Assembly: GCA_951406725.2 (NCBI GenBank)
Contig: OX597834.1
Location: 31,310,001 to 31,374,000 of the forward strand
Origin: Octopus vulgaris
Lineage: Eukaryota
DNA: 64,000 bases
Direction of reading: 5' to 3'
The notes under the pieces were generated by a model that worked only from the letters and a program-made list of their open reading frames with translations, was not told where the DNA came from and made no database searches. This document shows, one piece after another, positions 1 to 12,846 of the stretch. Numbering within the stretch: position 1 is the stretch's first letter; every line of letters starts with the position of its first letter. The position numbers were made by a program, and so were the translations under genes.

Positions 1-9
1 GGAATTTAC

Positions 10-91
10 CTGAAACAGTCAAATCAGTTTCCAGAACAAATTTGTACAAAATGAGGATTAAATCTTCGGCAGAGTTGCTTAGTGAACAATC
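10..91 (-). CDS. LTN1: LTN1 (listerin) coding exon 13; gene continues beyond window start
   Basis: CAG acceptor (92-94), GTAAA donor (5-9). 82 nt, DCSLSNSAEDLILILYKFVLETDLTVS, resembling the listerin SEDLLLTLF segment. Phase matches the previous exon. Confidence 0.85.
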
Positions 92-128
92 CTGCAAAAA
101 AGAACAGAACAAAGATCAGATACAACAA

Positions 129-160
<32 letters not shown>

Positions 161-740
161 TCACAGAATGTAGTAGGTGTGGCTGTGTGGTTAGAAGCTT
201 GCTTCCCAACAACGTGGTTCTGGGTTCAGTCCCATTGCGTGACACCTTAGGCAAAATGTCTTCTGCTACAACCTTGGGCTGATGAAAGCCTTCTCAGTAG
301 ATTTGATAGATGGAAACTGAAAGAAGCCCATCGTGTGTGGGTGTGTGTCATTGTGTACATATTTGTCCCCCACTACCACTTGACACCAGTGTTGGTTTGT
401 ATATGTCCCCATAACTTAGCAGTCCAGCAAAAGAGATGGACCGAAGAAGCACTAGGCGTAAAAAAAAAGTCTCAATTTTTTTTATAGCTAGATGCCCTTA
501 TCATCACCAATATCCTTAAGGCTAAATCTTTTGGCATTCAGATTACTCTCAAATGTAATGCTTATTTTATCAGCATTGCTTTGAATTAATCACGCATCAT
601 CCCATAGCTTCAAGATTTCAATGATGCTATTGTTTATTTTTAGAATGACATTGTAGGGCAAGTGTGAGGGGCTGGATCTGGCCAGTTTGAACATAGAACA
701 GGTAGAAAATTTGGGCCTGATACGGTTGGTAAAGTCTCAC

Positions 741-892
741 CTCTAATCCCTGGAAGAAACTAGCCAACACTTTGGCAACAAACTGCATCGAGAGGTCAGT
801 CTTATGGTTGTCCTTACTCAGTTTTAACTTCTTCAATGTTGAGTGAATGACAAAAAATATCTTTTCAATATATTTCATCTGAAGAAGTGGTT
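741..892 (-). CDS. LTN1: LTN1 coding exon 12
   Basis: CAG/GTGAG boundaries, 152 nt, (E)PLLQMKYIEKIFFVIHSTLKK...FFQGLE; phase 1 in, phase 0 out. Confidence 0.88.
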
Positions 893-1053
893 CTGAAACA
901 AAGGGAAAAAATATTTAAAAAATTTTTTGCATCACCTCATATTTTATAACAAAATTTAATTTTTTTTTTCATAAAACTTAAAACAGGAAGCTTGCATCAT
1001 AGAACCAGGCTGGGTGGTCGTGAGTGGGTTGGTGTCAAAAGGGTTCAACATAC

Positions 1054-1294
1054 CTGATTGAGAATTTGATGACAAAGCCACAGTGAGGACAGACCAGTTG
1101 TCCTCGACAACTGAAAGTTCAACTCCAGCAGTTGGTGGGACAAGAGCCTGGGCACACACGTCTTCAGTGATGGACACAAGCAGCTCACCAAGGGTAGACG
1201 TTTCCAGCCACTTGGATATGGCCGTGACCTTCCAACGCGACGACAGCAGCTCCAGCAAGAACACTTTCAGCAAATGTCTGTCACCATCGAGATT
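1054..1294 (-). CDS. LTN1: LTN1 coding exon 11
   Basis: CAG/GTATG boundaries, 241 nt, NLDGDRHLLKV...SKWLETSTLGELLV...NWSVLTVALS, like listerin WLKGDILGEKLV...RWTLLSLVLS. Confidence 0.88.
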
Positions 1295-2249
1295 CTGTTG
1301 AAGGAAATGATAAAATGTCAGACTCAACACCAAAATAGTTTTGAGGGTACATACCCCAGATTATTCTTGAGGACTCAAAAATGTCTCATGGCTTGAGCAC
1401 AAGACCAATAGGGAGATTTATACCCTTATTCCACCAATTTCTAATGTTGACAGGCTTTGCTAGTCACTGCCATTGTGCTGGATGTTATATTTTGGAGACT
1501 CAGCATCGAAATAGTGGACAAAGACAATTCAATTATATTGCGGGTATAACTAGCACCCCATTGGTTATGATGATGAGGGTTCCAGTTGGTCCGATCAATG
1601 AAACAACCTGCTAGTGAAATTAACATACAAGTGGCTGAGCACTCCACAGACACATGAACCCTTAACATGGTTCTCAGATAAATTCAGCTGTGATACAGAA
1701 GGTGACAAGGCTGGCCCCTGGTGAATTACAGGTACAACTCGTTTTTTGTCAAATGAGGACAAGATGTGCCTTTGGCAATCAAATTCCTGACCTTACAATT
1801 GTCAGCCAAATATCCCGAACCATTAGGCCATGCACCTTCACACATTAAGGTTACACAGAGATACAGACACACACACACACGCAATAAGAAATTGGGGACT
1901 GACTTAAAACTAATGCAGAATTGGGACCCCTGGTAGTGTGAGGACACACTACTTGACTGCAAAAGCTTGAAGAAGCAGCTTACATCATTAGAATAATTTA
2001 ATGGTGATATTACTGACATTGTAGAATAAGAATCTACTTAGGAGAAATATAATACAGGTGTGAGATGTTTTGGCATTGCCATTTTGGTGCTTCTGATTCA
2101 ATACCGACTTATTTGACATCAGAGGTTTCCATGTCTCTCTTCTTCTCTCCCTACTCATCCCACTCTGTCAGTCTGTCGCTGTTTAAGTGTGTGAATATAT
2201 TTCTCTCTGTGTGTCTGAGGAGAGAGAAAGTATTTATGTCAATCACGTT

Positions 2250-2530
2250 TAGTCATGACTTCAGGAGACATTTTTTCACGCTGAGAGTTGCTGAAGCATG
2301 GAACAAACTGCCGGCATCAGTTGTTAGTTGTCGGAGCACTGCATCCTTCAAAACTTCCATGTTTTCTGAGATTCGCCAACACTACACCTGATTTCCTCCC
2401 CTCCATACACACACAAGCATGTATCTGACTCATACATTGTTCGCTTTCCAGACATTTGTACATTACTGCATAAACCTTATACGCACTTTCTGACAAGTTG
2501 TGGTGCACCTGAGCACTGTATACAATAATT
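2250..2530 (+). mobile_element. 3' end of a CR1/L2-type LINE (second copy at about 54015-54290)
   Basis: Encodes FRRHFFTLRVAEAWNKLPASVV...FK, typical of a CR1-clade ORF2 C-terminus. The second copy ends in (ATT)n. Confidence 0.7.
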
Positions 2531-3622
2531 TCGTCTGGCACCTGTGTCGGTGGCACATAAAAAACACCATCCAAGCGTGGCCATTCGCCAGCCTCGTCTG
2601 GCACCTGTGTCGGTGGCACATAAAATCACCCACTACACTCTCGGAGTGGTTGGCGATAGGAAGGGCATCCAGCCGTAGAAACATTGCCAGATCAGACTGG
2701 GCCTGGTGCAGCCTTCGGGCTCCCCAGACCCCAGTTGAACCGTCCAACCCATGCTAGCATGGAAAGCGGACGTTAAACGATGATGATGATGATATTATAA
2801 ATTGCAATGTCTCTCTCTCCCCACCTCTCTCTCTATCAGTTTGTATGAGTATGAATGTATTTCTCTTTATGTGTATGATGAGAGCGAAAGTGTTTGTCAG
2901 TCATGTTCAGTTAATAAATTGCAATCTCTCTCTCTCTCTCTTTATGTGTATGTCAGTATATTTCTCTCTGTGTCTGAGGAGAGGGTAAAGTGTTTATGCC
3001 AGTCATGTTCAGTTAATAAATAGTTGTCTCCCTTCCTCTCTCACTCACTCATCATCATCGTTGAACGTCTGCTTTCCATGCTAGCATGAGTTGGACGATT
3101 TGACTGAGGGCTGGCGAACCAGATGGCTGCACCAGGCTCCAATCTTGATTTGGAGCCTGGTTTATTGTAATCTCTCTCTCTCTCTCCCCACCACCTTCTC
3201 TGTGTATCTGTCTTTTTGTCTCTATGTGTATATGTCTGAAAATAAGCAGTTGTCTGTTTACCTCTGCTGCCAAAAACAGGCTGAATGTCCAGTCAGCTGT
3301 GCCAAACCATCAATGTCCAAAAACGGCTGCACATGACTTGTCTCATTCTGATATAACATAGCAACCACAGGTATTAGTCTCGGGACATCACTTGGCATTA
3401 GGAAGGGCATCCAGCCGCAGAAACATTGCCAGATCAGACTGGGCCTGGTGCAGACTTCTGGCTTCCCAGACCCTAGTTGAACTGTCCAACACATGCTAGC
3501 ATGGAAAGCGGACGCTAAATGATGATGATTACTCACAGACAAGAGGGCCACATCAACAGGTGGCATCACTTGGAGCTCAGAAGCATTAATCGACAGAGTA
3601 AGACTAAACAATGAGATGACAG

Positions 3623-3819
3623 CAATGACCCAGGGTTGAGTGTGTCAGTGCATGTGAAGGAATTTTCTGGAAAAAATGGGTTAACTTCAATGACCCAGAG
3701 TTGAGTGTGTGAGTGTGTGTGAAGGAATTTTCTGGAAAAAATGGGTTAACTTCAATGACCCAGAGTTGAGTGTGTGAGTGCGTGTGAAGGAATTTTCTGG
3801 AAAAAAAATGGGTTAACTT
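3623..3819. repeat. Tandem repeat, three copies of about 65 bp, abutting the LTN1 exon 10 donor
   Basis: Unit caatgacccagagttgagtgtgtgagtg...ggttaactt starts at 3623, 3688 and 3753. Confidence 0.9.
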
Positions 3820-3821
3820 AC

Positions 3822-4598
3822 ATGGCACAGGTGGTCCAAGAAGGCGACGATATGGCCAGTATCGTTAAACAATGGTAACATCATAAAGATGGCATTGAAC
3901 ACATAGACATCACTTTGTCGTTGTTGTTGTTGCTGCTTTTCAGAATGGTGCATTTTGTGGAGCCAATTTAGAAGCATGTCAGTGGCAAAACTCCTGAAGA
4001 TATTCCCATCCTGACGCTTGTCTTTCACAGGAACAAGTTGCTCAATGATGCTTTCTGATGGATAGAGTCGCAGGTATTTGACAAAAAGGTAGAGGCGCCA
4101 TTCTTCAAGGTTGTCGTTGACGAGTGAGAAGGCCTTGTGGATTAATTTTGATATATATCGCTCCTGGAAACGGTTTAGTGATGCAGTGCTGCTAACTGAA
4201 GTTGACATGGATCGTTCATCGATAGAGAGGTCAAATGTCGGTGAACTCGAGAACTTTACAGATGATGCCTTACCAGATGGGTTCGCAGGAGATTTCTTTG
4301 AGTAAAGCAAAAGCTCAGCAAGTTGAGTGAGTCTCTCTGGTAAATAGTTCCTTGAAGAACACTCTTCTTTGGTCAAGGAATCGATACATTCTAATGTGAT
4401 CTCTGTGATGCTGGTCCAGCATCTGTGTGCAATGCTGTCGCTGATATCATTGTCAGCGTCCTTCGCCGAGGTGTTCTCTACACCTGATGAATGAAGTTCA
4501 GTTAAGGAGTTGAGCAGAGTGCCTAGCTGACTGTAAAGGGTAGATTTCGAAAGGGTCCCTCTCCGTTCCACAAGAGATTCTAACACCAAGGGTTTGAG
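3822..4598 (-). CDS. LTN1: LTN1 coding exon 10 (large exon)
   Basis: 777-nt open frame inside ORF 3813..4604, bounded by CAG and GTAAG; phase 0/0. Confidence 0.9.
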
Positions 4599-4989
4599 CT
4601 GCAACAGTAAAACAGAAATATAATAGTTTCAAATTTTGACACAAGACCAGTAATTTCATGGGGAGGAAAGTCAATTAGACTGACCCCAGTGCATAACTGG
4701 TACTTATTTTATTGGCTCTGAAAGGATGAAAGGCAAAGTTAACCATGGTGGAATTTTAAACTCAGAACATAAACTCAGAAGAAATGCTGTTAAGACTATT
4801 TTCTGGTGTGCAAACGATCCTGCCAGAATTCTGGCTTAGCCTGTTGATTAAAAAAGAGAAATCTCTAACAAGGACAATTAAGCATTTACATATTTCTCAT
4901 ACACAGGGTACCCAATTCTATTTTCATATTTTTCCAGATTATTTTGGCTTCATTAGCAATCCCACAGTTATATATAGCTTAAACCAAAG

Positions 4990-5420
4990 AGAAAAGGGTA
5001 GACAAAAGATATGGAAGTCAGATCTCTGCAGAGAAATCAAAATATTGTGCTTTGGAAGATCTGTTGAGTCAGTGTTGCTATATGGAACAGGGAGATGGAC
5101 CCTGACTCAAGCACCTGAGAAAAAACTGGACACTAAAATGCTTAGGGTTGTACAAAACATAAACTGGGGTCAATGTATAACAAATGAAAGTTTAAATGGA
5201 AACTTGCTGGAGAAGCAAGCAGGAAATGATACACAAACTACTGTTGTGGGAACCAGCTTGTGGGAGACACACGAGAGGAAGACCAGCTTGAAGATTCATT
5301 GATCAGCTCTCTAATGATACAAACCTCAGTGAGGGGCAGTAGCCAGGAGCAATGGAAAATAAGCGGATTGTGGAGAGACTTTGCCAAGAATGCTCGACCA
5401 TGGTCACAAGAGTGATAAAC
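4990..5420 (+). mobile_element. Degenerate RTE-like LINE ORF2 C-terminal remnant
   Basis: IWKSDLCREIKI...VESVLLYG..WTLT...KLDTKMLR, the region downstream of RT in RTE-clade elements. Confidence 0.65.
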
Positions 5421-5506
5421 TAAAGACCACCAGAAAGAAAGAAAGACAGAAAAACGGATCACCGTGTGAAAATGGAATATGTTGGATTATATATCAAAAC
5501 ACTAAC

Positions 5507-5648
5507 CTGGTCCATGAATACATGATGACAATTGTTTAAATCCTCATCTCTCAAGTCCATCTTCACCATGTAGTGGACACATTCCATAAAGGAAGTGACC
5601 ATGGCTGAACACTCACTGCCACTCCACTGGACACTGTCTTTACAAATG
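5507..5648 (-). CDS. LTN1: LTN1 coding exon 9
   Basis: CAG/GTTAG boundaries, 142 nt, ICKDSVQWSGSECSAMVTSFMECVHY...FMDQ (listerin ESSAVISAFFECLRF region). This frame is absent from the ORF track. Confidence 0.88.
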
Positions 5649-5802
5649 CTGCAAAGGACAAGAATGGGGAAGAGAAAAAGAATAAAATAGTAATAATGGT
5701 GGAGGTGTCTGATGCTGGATCATTTAGTGCCAGGCAGCAGCACACAAAGAATTTGATTTCTATTTCACTATCACAATCTGCAAGGTGTTTTAGCATTATA
5801 CT

Positions 5803-6007
5803 CTTTTACTCGTTTCAGTCATTTGACTGCGGCCATGCTGGAGCACTGCCTTTAGTCGAGCAAATCGAGCCCAGGACTTTTTCTTTGTAAGCCCAGTACT
5901 TATTCTATCGGTCTCTTTTGCCGAGCCGCTAAGTGACGGGGATGTAAACACACCAGCATCGGTTGTCAAGCAATGCTAGCGAAACAAACACAGACACACA
6001 AACACAT

Positions 6008-6055
<48 letters not shown>

Positions 6056-6217
6056 GACAGGCTTCTTTCAGTTTCCGTCTACCAAATCTACTCACAAGGC
6101 ATTGGTCGGCCCGGGGCTATAGCAGAAGACACTTGCCCAAGATGCCACGCAGTGGGACTGAACCTGGAACTAGGTGGTTGGTTAGCAAGCTACTTACCAC
6201 ACAGCCACTCCTGCGCC
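5803..6217 (-). mobile_element. tRNA-derived SINE, family 2 (head ggcgcaggagtggctgtgtggtaag); other copies at about 6633-7007, 19958-20345, 24350-24755, 47412-47840, 50747-51112, 60780-61140, 61487-62310
   Basis: Many near-identical dispersed copies with A-box/B-box-like head, internal (TA)n and a gtaaaaga tail. Confidence 0.8.
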
Positions 6218-6587
6218 TATATACGTATTAAATATGCATATGTGCAGGAATGGTCGTGCAGCTGAGAAGTTTGCTTCCCAACCATATGGTTCCAGGTTCA
6301 ATCCCACTGTGTGGAAACTCAAGCAAGTGTTTTCTACTAGAGCACAGGGCCGACCGAAAGCTCTGTGAGTGGATTTAATAGACAGAAACTGAAAGACAAC
6401 CGTTGTGTGTATGTACACTGTTTGACTGGTGTCGGTTTGTTTACATCCTTGTGACACTGGATTGGCATAAGAGACTGATAGAATAAGTAGTAGGCTTAGA
6501 AATAAGCACTGAGACAAGCTAGTCAACCCAGCATGGTCACAGTCCAATGACTGAACCAAGTAAAAGAGAAAAAATAAAACCACACAT

Positions 6588-6633
<46 letters not shown>

Positions 6634-7226
6634 TCTTTTACTTATTTCAGTCATTTGACTGTGGCCAGGCTGGAGCACTGCCTTTAATCAAGCAAATTGA
6701 CCCCAGGACTTATTCCTTGTAAGCCTAGTACTTATTCTATTGGTCTCTTTTGCTGAACTGCTGAGTTACAGGGACATAAACACACCAGCATCAGTTGTCA
6801 AGCGATGTTGGAGGGATAAACACAGACACACAAGCATATACACACACATATATACGACAGGCTTCTTTCAGTTTCCATCTAGCAAATCCACTCACAAGGC
6901 TTTGGTCAGCCTGAGGCTATAGTAGAAGACACTTGCCCAATGTGCCACGCAGTGGGACTGAACCCGTAACCATGTAGTTGGTAAGCAAGCTACTTACCAC
7001 ACAGCCACACACATATATATATATATATACACACAGACAAGTTATAGATTATGTACCTTATTGCATTTTGTTATGTGTGATTCCATCACTTCTGTAAAAA
7101 AAAAGCTGTCTTGCATGAAAGCAGTCTGTAGCAAAAAACACAGTTGAAAACCACATTTCTAAGACACACACACACACATTACACAAATGCACATGATACA
7201 TACATGCATAAACACATACAATCCAT

Positions 7227-7612
7227 GGATGGAAGCACTCCGTCGGTTACGACGACGAGGGTTCCGGTTGATCCGAATCAACAGAACAGCCTGCTCGTGA
7301 AATTAACGCGTAAATGGCTGAGCACTCCACAGACACGTGTACCCTTAACGTAGTTCTCGGGGATATTCAGCGTGACACAGAGAGTGACAAGGCCGGCCCT
7401 TTGAAATACAGGTACAACAGAAACAGGAAGTAAGAGTGAGAGAAAGTTGTGGTGAAAGAGTACAGCAGGGATCACCACCATCCCCTGCCGGAGCCTCGAG
7501 GAGCTTTAGGTGTTTTCGCTCAATAAACACTCACAACGCCCGGTCTGGGTATCGAAACCGCGATCCTACGACTGCGAGTCCGCTGCCCTAACCACTGGGC
7601 CATTGCGCCTCC
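7227..7612 (-). mobile_element. tRNA-derived SINE, family 3 (near-identical copy at about 25794-26180)
   Basis: Head ggaggcgcaatggcccagtggttagggcagcggac...ggtttcgat; flanked by direct repeat acatacaatccat. Confidence 0.8.
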
Positions 7613-7658
7613 ACATACAATCCATACACACTGAACAACAGACACACACAATACTAAC

Positions 7659-7849
7659 CCAGTTTTGAAGCAAGAGAAGAACTGCTCATAGAACTGTAGA
7701 GATTGTCCATTAAAGTCTTTGGGGAATTTGCTGAGTAATGGCAGAATACTAGGACTGATAACTGCAGCGTTTCCGTGGCAACCTTCAGTCAGCACATTTC
7801 TGAATTTAGGCCACACAGCTTTCGGCACACTTACAAACTGCCAACATTC
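7659..7849 (-). CDS. LTN1: LTN1 coding exon 8
   Basis: CAG/GTTAG, 191 nt, ECWQFVSVPKAVWPKFRNVLTEGCHGNAAVISPSILPLLSKFP. Confidence 0.92.
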
Positions 7850-8662
7850 CTGGAAAATAGAATTACATTTTATATATGTGTGTGTGTGATAAGAACTCAC
7901 ATAGACAGGCAGACAGATACAGAAGGTGACAAGGCTGGCCCCTGGTGAATTACAGGTACAACTCGTTTTTTGTCAAATGAGTGCTTGCTTATTCAATTGT
8001 TTTGTATTAATCAAGCTTAACCTCATAGCTCGGAGATGTCGATGATGCGAATGTTTATTTTTAGAATGACATTGTAGGACAAGTGTGAGAGACCAGATCT
8101 TGACAGTTTTAACATAACACGAGTAAAATGAGGAGGAGATAAATAACCTGTGAAGTTAGATAAGTAAAACATATTGGAGAGAAAAAAAAGCACAAAAATA
8201 TAAAGCAAAATCAATAGCAATCAAAGAATAGGTACAATGAAAATGGAAGGGGACATCTATCTTTTACTCGCTTCAGTCACTGGACTGTAGCCATGCTGGA
8301 GCACTACACCTTGAAGGGTGTAGCAGATCAAATCAACCCTGAGCATTTATTTTTCATATTTATTCAATTTTTTTGTTGAGCGAGTCATGGGGACATAAAC
8401 AAACCAACACTGGTTGCCAAACGGTGGAATTACAAAGATATACACATAGACATGCACACACATGACAGGTGTTTTCAGTTTCTTTCTACCAAATCCACTC
8501 ACAAGCCTTTTGGTTGGTTCTGGGTTGCAGTCAAAGACATTTGCTCAAGGTGCTATGCAGTGAGACAGAAGAGGATTGAACATTTTCGGTTATACTCTTT
8601 ATCAAAAGGAAGAGAAAGAAACTGACACAGAGGAGAAGATAAATGATGAAGACGACACTTAC

Positions 8663-8836
8663 TGATGATATATTGATGAGGGAGAGTACAGCTTCCCAAA
8701 CAGAGCCACTGACAATGACCTCATTCTCATCTAGGTTTAGTAGAATGCAGGGACTAAGTTTCTTCATATTGTCAATAGCAACGTCTGGAAGAACTAGGCA
8801 AAGACTGGCCAGAAACAGGTAAGATGAGCTGCGTAT
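8663..8836 (-). CDS. LTN1: LTN1 coding exon 7
   Basis: CAG/GTAAG, 174 nt, IRSSSYLFLASLC...LLNLDENEVIVSGSVWEAVL. Confidence 0.92.
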
Positions 8837-9705
8837 CTGCAAGACAAATTGGAAACAGGTCTTGGTTCTTGGAAAACAAAAATCACAAATCTCAGCGTGA
8901 AAAATTACCATCACCATCATCCTTTTAACAACTATTATTCTCTACTTGCATAGGTTGGATGGAATTTAGAGGCAGATTTCTTATGGCTGGATGCCCTTCC
9001 TGTCACCAACCTCTTGTTTCCAAACAAGGTAATATTCCCCCATGACCAGACATTTTTTTGTCACAGGAAACGAAGGACATCACTTCTACGACAGGGACTC
9101 TTGTTTACGACTATCACACAATGTCAAGACAAGGAGGCACAGCCACACACATCCTTGGACAAAGGATTGTTTCAGTTTTCATCTACCAAACCCACTCACA
9201 AAGTTTTGGTTAGCTCAGGGGTTATAATAGAAGACACTTTCTCAGGGTACCATGCAGTGGAACATAACCTACAATCCCATATATGGGAAACAAACTTTTC
9301 ACCACACAGTCACACCTGCATGCATATATATATATATTCCAAGGCAGTTAGAGGTTGTGAATCCAACCAACTAAGGGATAATATCTATCCAGTATACTGC
9401 TGGTAGAATACCCAATTATTAATACACAAGTGTTTTTCCATTGCATGGCAATTACACTAATGAATGTAATAAATGGGTGAGAGTAAAAAGTTGTTTTACC
9501 CTTAATTTATACGGCAATAAGAAAACGGTATTTTTATATATGTAAAGCATAATGTTATGCATGTATGTATATTTTTATAATTGTTTTTTTTTTTCTTAAA
9601 TAAATCGACATAATATAATGTCTAAAAGTTGATGAATACCACTTCTTGATCCCCTCCATTTTCTTATTGCTGAGTGTGTATATATATATATATATATATA
9701 AACAT

Positions 9706-10050
9706 CAATGGAAATTGTAGCTGTGATACCAATGCCGGTGGCACGTAAAAAGCACCATCTTATTGTGGCCGTTGCCAGCCTTGTCTGACCCCCATGCCAG
9801 TGGCACATAAAAAGCACCATCCGATCGTGGCCGTTTGCCAGCCTCGTCTGGCACCTGTGCAGGTGGCACGTAAAAAGCACCCACTACACTTACGGAGTGG
9901 TTGGCGTTAGGAAGAGCATCCAGCTGTAGAAACACTGTCAGATCAGACTGAGCCTGGTGCAGCCTTTGGGCTTCCCAGACCCCAGTTGAACCGTCCAACC
10001 CATGCTAGCATGGAAAACGGACGTTAAACAATGATGATGATGATGATGAT
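9706..10050 (+). mobile_element. Dispersed retroelement 3' end with (GAT)n tail; copies at about 2535-2793, 14557-14710, 22168-22480, 49103-49293 (-), 63300-63625 (-)
   Basis: Shared gttggcgttaggaagggcatccagc...gacgttaaacgatgatgatg block with internal tandem ggtggcacgtaaaaagcacc subrepeats. Confidence 0.7.
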
Positions 10051-10539
10051 ATATATATATAGTACCTTGAAGGTACACCCTGGAACATTGCCACCCTGAG
10101 TCTCCCTGGCTGTAGTTACCATGTATCTCCTCTATTGCAAGAGACCTGCTTCTGTCCCTCTATCGTATTTTAACCTCTCTCACCTGGTGGCACAAAGCCA
10201 CCTCACTCAAAACCACACCTGGTCTCAGTCAAGGGTTCTTTTTCTTGCAAGTTACTTGCCGATCTCACAGGTGCCATGTAAAAAAAAAAGCACCCTGTAC
10301 AGTCTGTAAAGTGGTTGGTATTAGAAAAGGATCCAGTTGTAGAAATCTTGTCAAAACTGCCATTGGAGCTTGATGCAGTCTTGTGGGTTACTGGACCCTC
10401 TCAAACTTGTTCAAACCCTAGCATGGAAAACTGACATTATTAATGCTGGTGGTAACAATAACATCAAAACTGAGACCTGATACTAAATCAGGAATTACCT
10501 CCCTAATTTCTTGAGAATACTAAAAAACATATTCCTTAC

Positions 10540-10720
10540 CGAATTAACTGGCGATTTTGGTAACTTCCAGAATTTTGGAGAATCCAAAAGCTTAGAGATT
10601 TTCTCCTTTGATATATTTTTAGAATTATCAGTAAATGCTTTCAGAAGTTTGCAGATGGACAACAGTGATGAAGAAACGACTCTGTGGTATTTGCTTGTTA
10701 ACTCATCTGGAGACGACACT
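10540..10720 (-). CDS. LTN1: LTN1 coding exon 6
   Basis: CAG/GTAAG, 181 nt, SKYHRVVSSSLLSICKLL...SPKFWKLPKS. Confidence 0.92.
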
Positions 10721-10907
10721 CTGAAGAGAAAAAAAATTCATAAGCAACAGGGGTAAGGGTTCCAAGGCACTGACATTAAAAGGAAGGGCCGTGCATAGAA
10801 GGGATTAGCACAGAGCCTGGGGTGGGAGACACAATAAGGCTGATGAGAAGAGGAAGAAAGCTGAGTCAGGGACACATGATATATTAATGTAGAAAATGAC
10901 TACTTAC

Positions 10908-10960
10908 TTAGGGTCACCAAGTGTTTCAGGTTTTTGGTTGAGTAAATTATCAATAGTGAA
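10908..10960 (-). CDS. LTN1: LTN1 coding exon 5 (small)
   Basis: CAG/GTAAG, 53 nt, FTIDNLLNQKPETLGDP(K), matching the listerin ETPDTLSDP motif. Confidence 0.9.
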
Positions 10961-11310
10961 CTGGGAAAAAGAAAAAAACAAAGAAAACATTTTTAATAAG
11001 TTGGTGTGTGAGTAAGGCAGTGAACCAGCCATAACACATTTCCCCAAAGCCCTGTTTTAACCCCTTAGCATTCAGATTACTCTGTCAAATGCAATGCTTG
11101 CTTATTCAATTGTTTTGTATTAATAAAGCTTAACCTCATAGCTCGGAGATGTCGATGATGTGATTGTTTATTTTTAGAATGACATTGTAGGACAAGTGTG
11201 AGAGACCAGATCTTGACAGTTTTAACATAAAACTGACAGAATAGTTTGGCTGGATATGGCTGGTTTAAAAGTTAATCTTAAGGATACACATATATTTTTA
11301 TAATACTTAC

Positions 11311-11541
11311 ATCCAATATGGCTTCTTGGCAAAAGGTCAACGCTTGAGCCTGTTTTGCTGCAGGAAACGCAATATTGAAGGCCTGTTGTGCAGCAGTTGC
11401 AACCGTTGGATAGGGATCACACATACCAAGCAACCAGCTTGCCATTAGCTTCTTGAGATGTGGTGCCAACTCCCGGTGTAAAGAACCAGCTAAGACCGCC
11501 ATGGACTGTTGGGCAGCTTCACGTACCCTGTGGTTGTCGTC
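11311..11541 (-). CDS. LTN1: LTN1 coding exon 4
   Basis: TAG/GTAAG, 231 nt, DDNHRVREAAQQ...LAPHLKKLMASWLLGMCDPY...AFPAAKQ. Confidence 0.95.
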
Positions 11542-12846
11542 CTACAAGAAATAAAGAATGGTAAGTCAGGTGAAGGAAATAGTTTAGACAGTCTTGGGGA
11601 GGGTAAAAAAAAAGGAGTAGGGGTTGGATTCCTTAAGAGTGACACATCTATCCTCACTCCCACTCCAAGTCCCCTACCCTCACTACAGGCCATCTAGCTT
11701 CACTACCACAAACATCATAGTCATTCCTGGCCCCTACATTTACCATACAGTCACTACAAGTCCCTACAAACACTCACCAAACAACCACACTACTTTCATT
11801 AACAAATACACAATACAATTACTAAAAGTCCCCTACATATCCTATTCAATCCCTATAGGCCCCTTACATACAACCACTATACAGTTAATAAAGGTCATCT
11901 ACCCTCACTACCACATACACCATTAAGTTTCCTACATTCACCATACAGTCATTGCAGGTCATTTACCCTCAATACCACATATTTTCTCCAGTCATACCAT
12001 TATCATGACCACTAAAAATGTGTAGATGTCTGCTAAGCTACAGGTAACTCTAAAAAGGGTCCTTGCTTCTGGTTTTATTTCGCTAAGTGGATGAGAAACA
12101 AATCTGATCCTGGAAAGAAACTCTGGCCCATCACACACAACATTCCCAGAGGATTTGTTTGTCACCTATTCCTGGCAGCCAAGGTGAACTACTGAAGCAG
12201 CATAGAATTCAGAATACACCTACCCCCACCAAATGTACAGCAAACTGTCTGCAAGTGGGTTTGAACCCAAGACTGAGGAGCCAATAATTGAATACTCTGA
12301 ATATTGCAACCTCATGGCCATTTAGTTCTACCAGGGCTGTTCTCATGAAAAACCTAAAAAGGGTTTCCAAAATCTCTTAGAATGACCTAATATCACTGTA
12401 CATCATGTAAAGGCATGTGAAAATAGTTTGTTTTCAATCAGATATCAATATTAGGACAATTTCTTCCAGGTCTAAACTATTTGGAACACATAAAACAAAT
12501 AGTTCTCTCGAAAATGTTACATCCATTTTTGTCACACATCTCATCCCAGGTAAACGAGAATTGTGACCATAGCCACTGTTGTCCAGCAAACTCATTTAAA
12601 ATTGTTTCGAAATTTCAAGGTCAGCAGTAAATAAATACCATCAGCAATTTTCTGTTGCTCAGCAGAAATCCACCAGAATTAACAGTTGATATTTTCAGAT
12701 GGAAAATGTTATTTTCTGTTATGTCATGTTCATCATACTTTTTAGATCCTCTTCAAAAAATTCAACGTACATTCCAGGTAAAAAAAAAAATTTGTTTAGT
12801 ATTTACCTGGATAGTCAAACTTTGCTGAGAAAAATGAATCAATACC

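Noticed and set aside
1726-2019. ORF considered as an extra small LTN1 exon
   Set aside because: No good acceptor/donor pair in phase; exon 10 joins exon 11 in frame without it.
7540-7612. tRNA-like sequences (also the heads of SINE families 1 and 2)
   Set aside because: They are SINE heads continuous with repeat bodies and flanked by TSDs, not stand-alone tRNA genes.
9730-9890. Regularly spaced ggtggcacgtaaaaagcacc repeats resembling a CRISPR array
   Set aside because: The spacers resemble each other, the block is part of a dispersed eukaryotic retroelement tail, and there are no cas genes.
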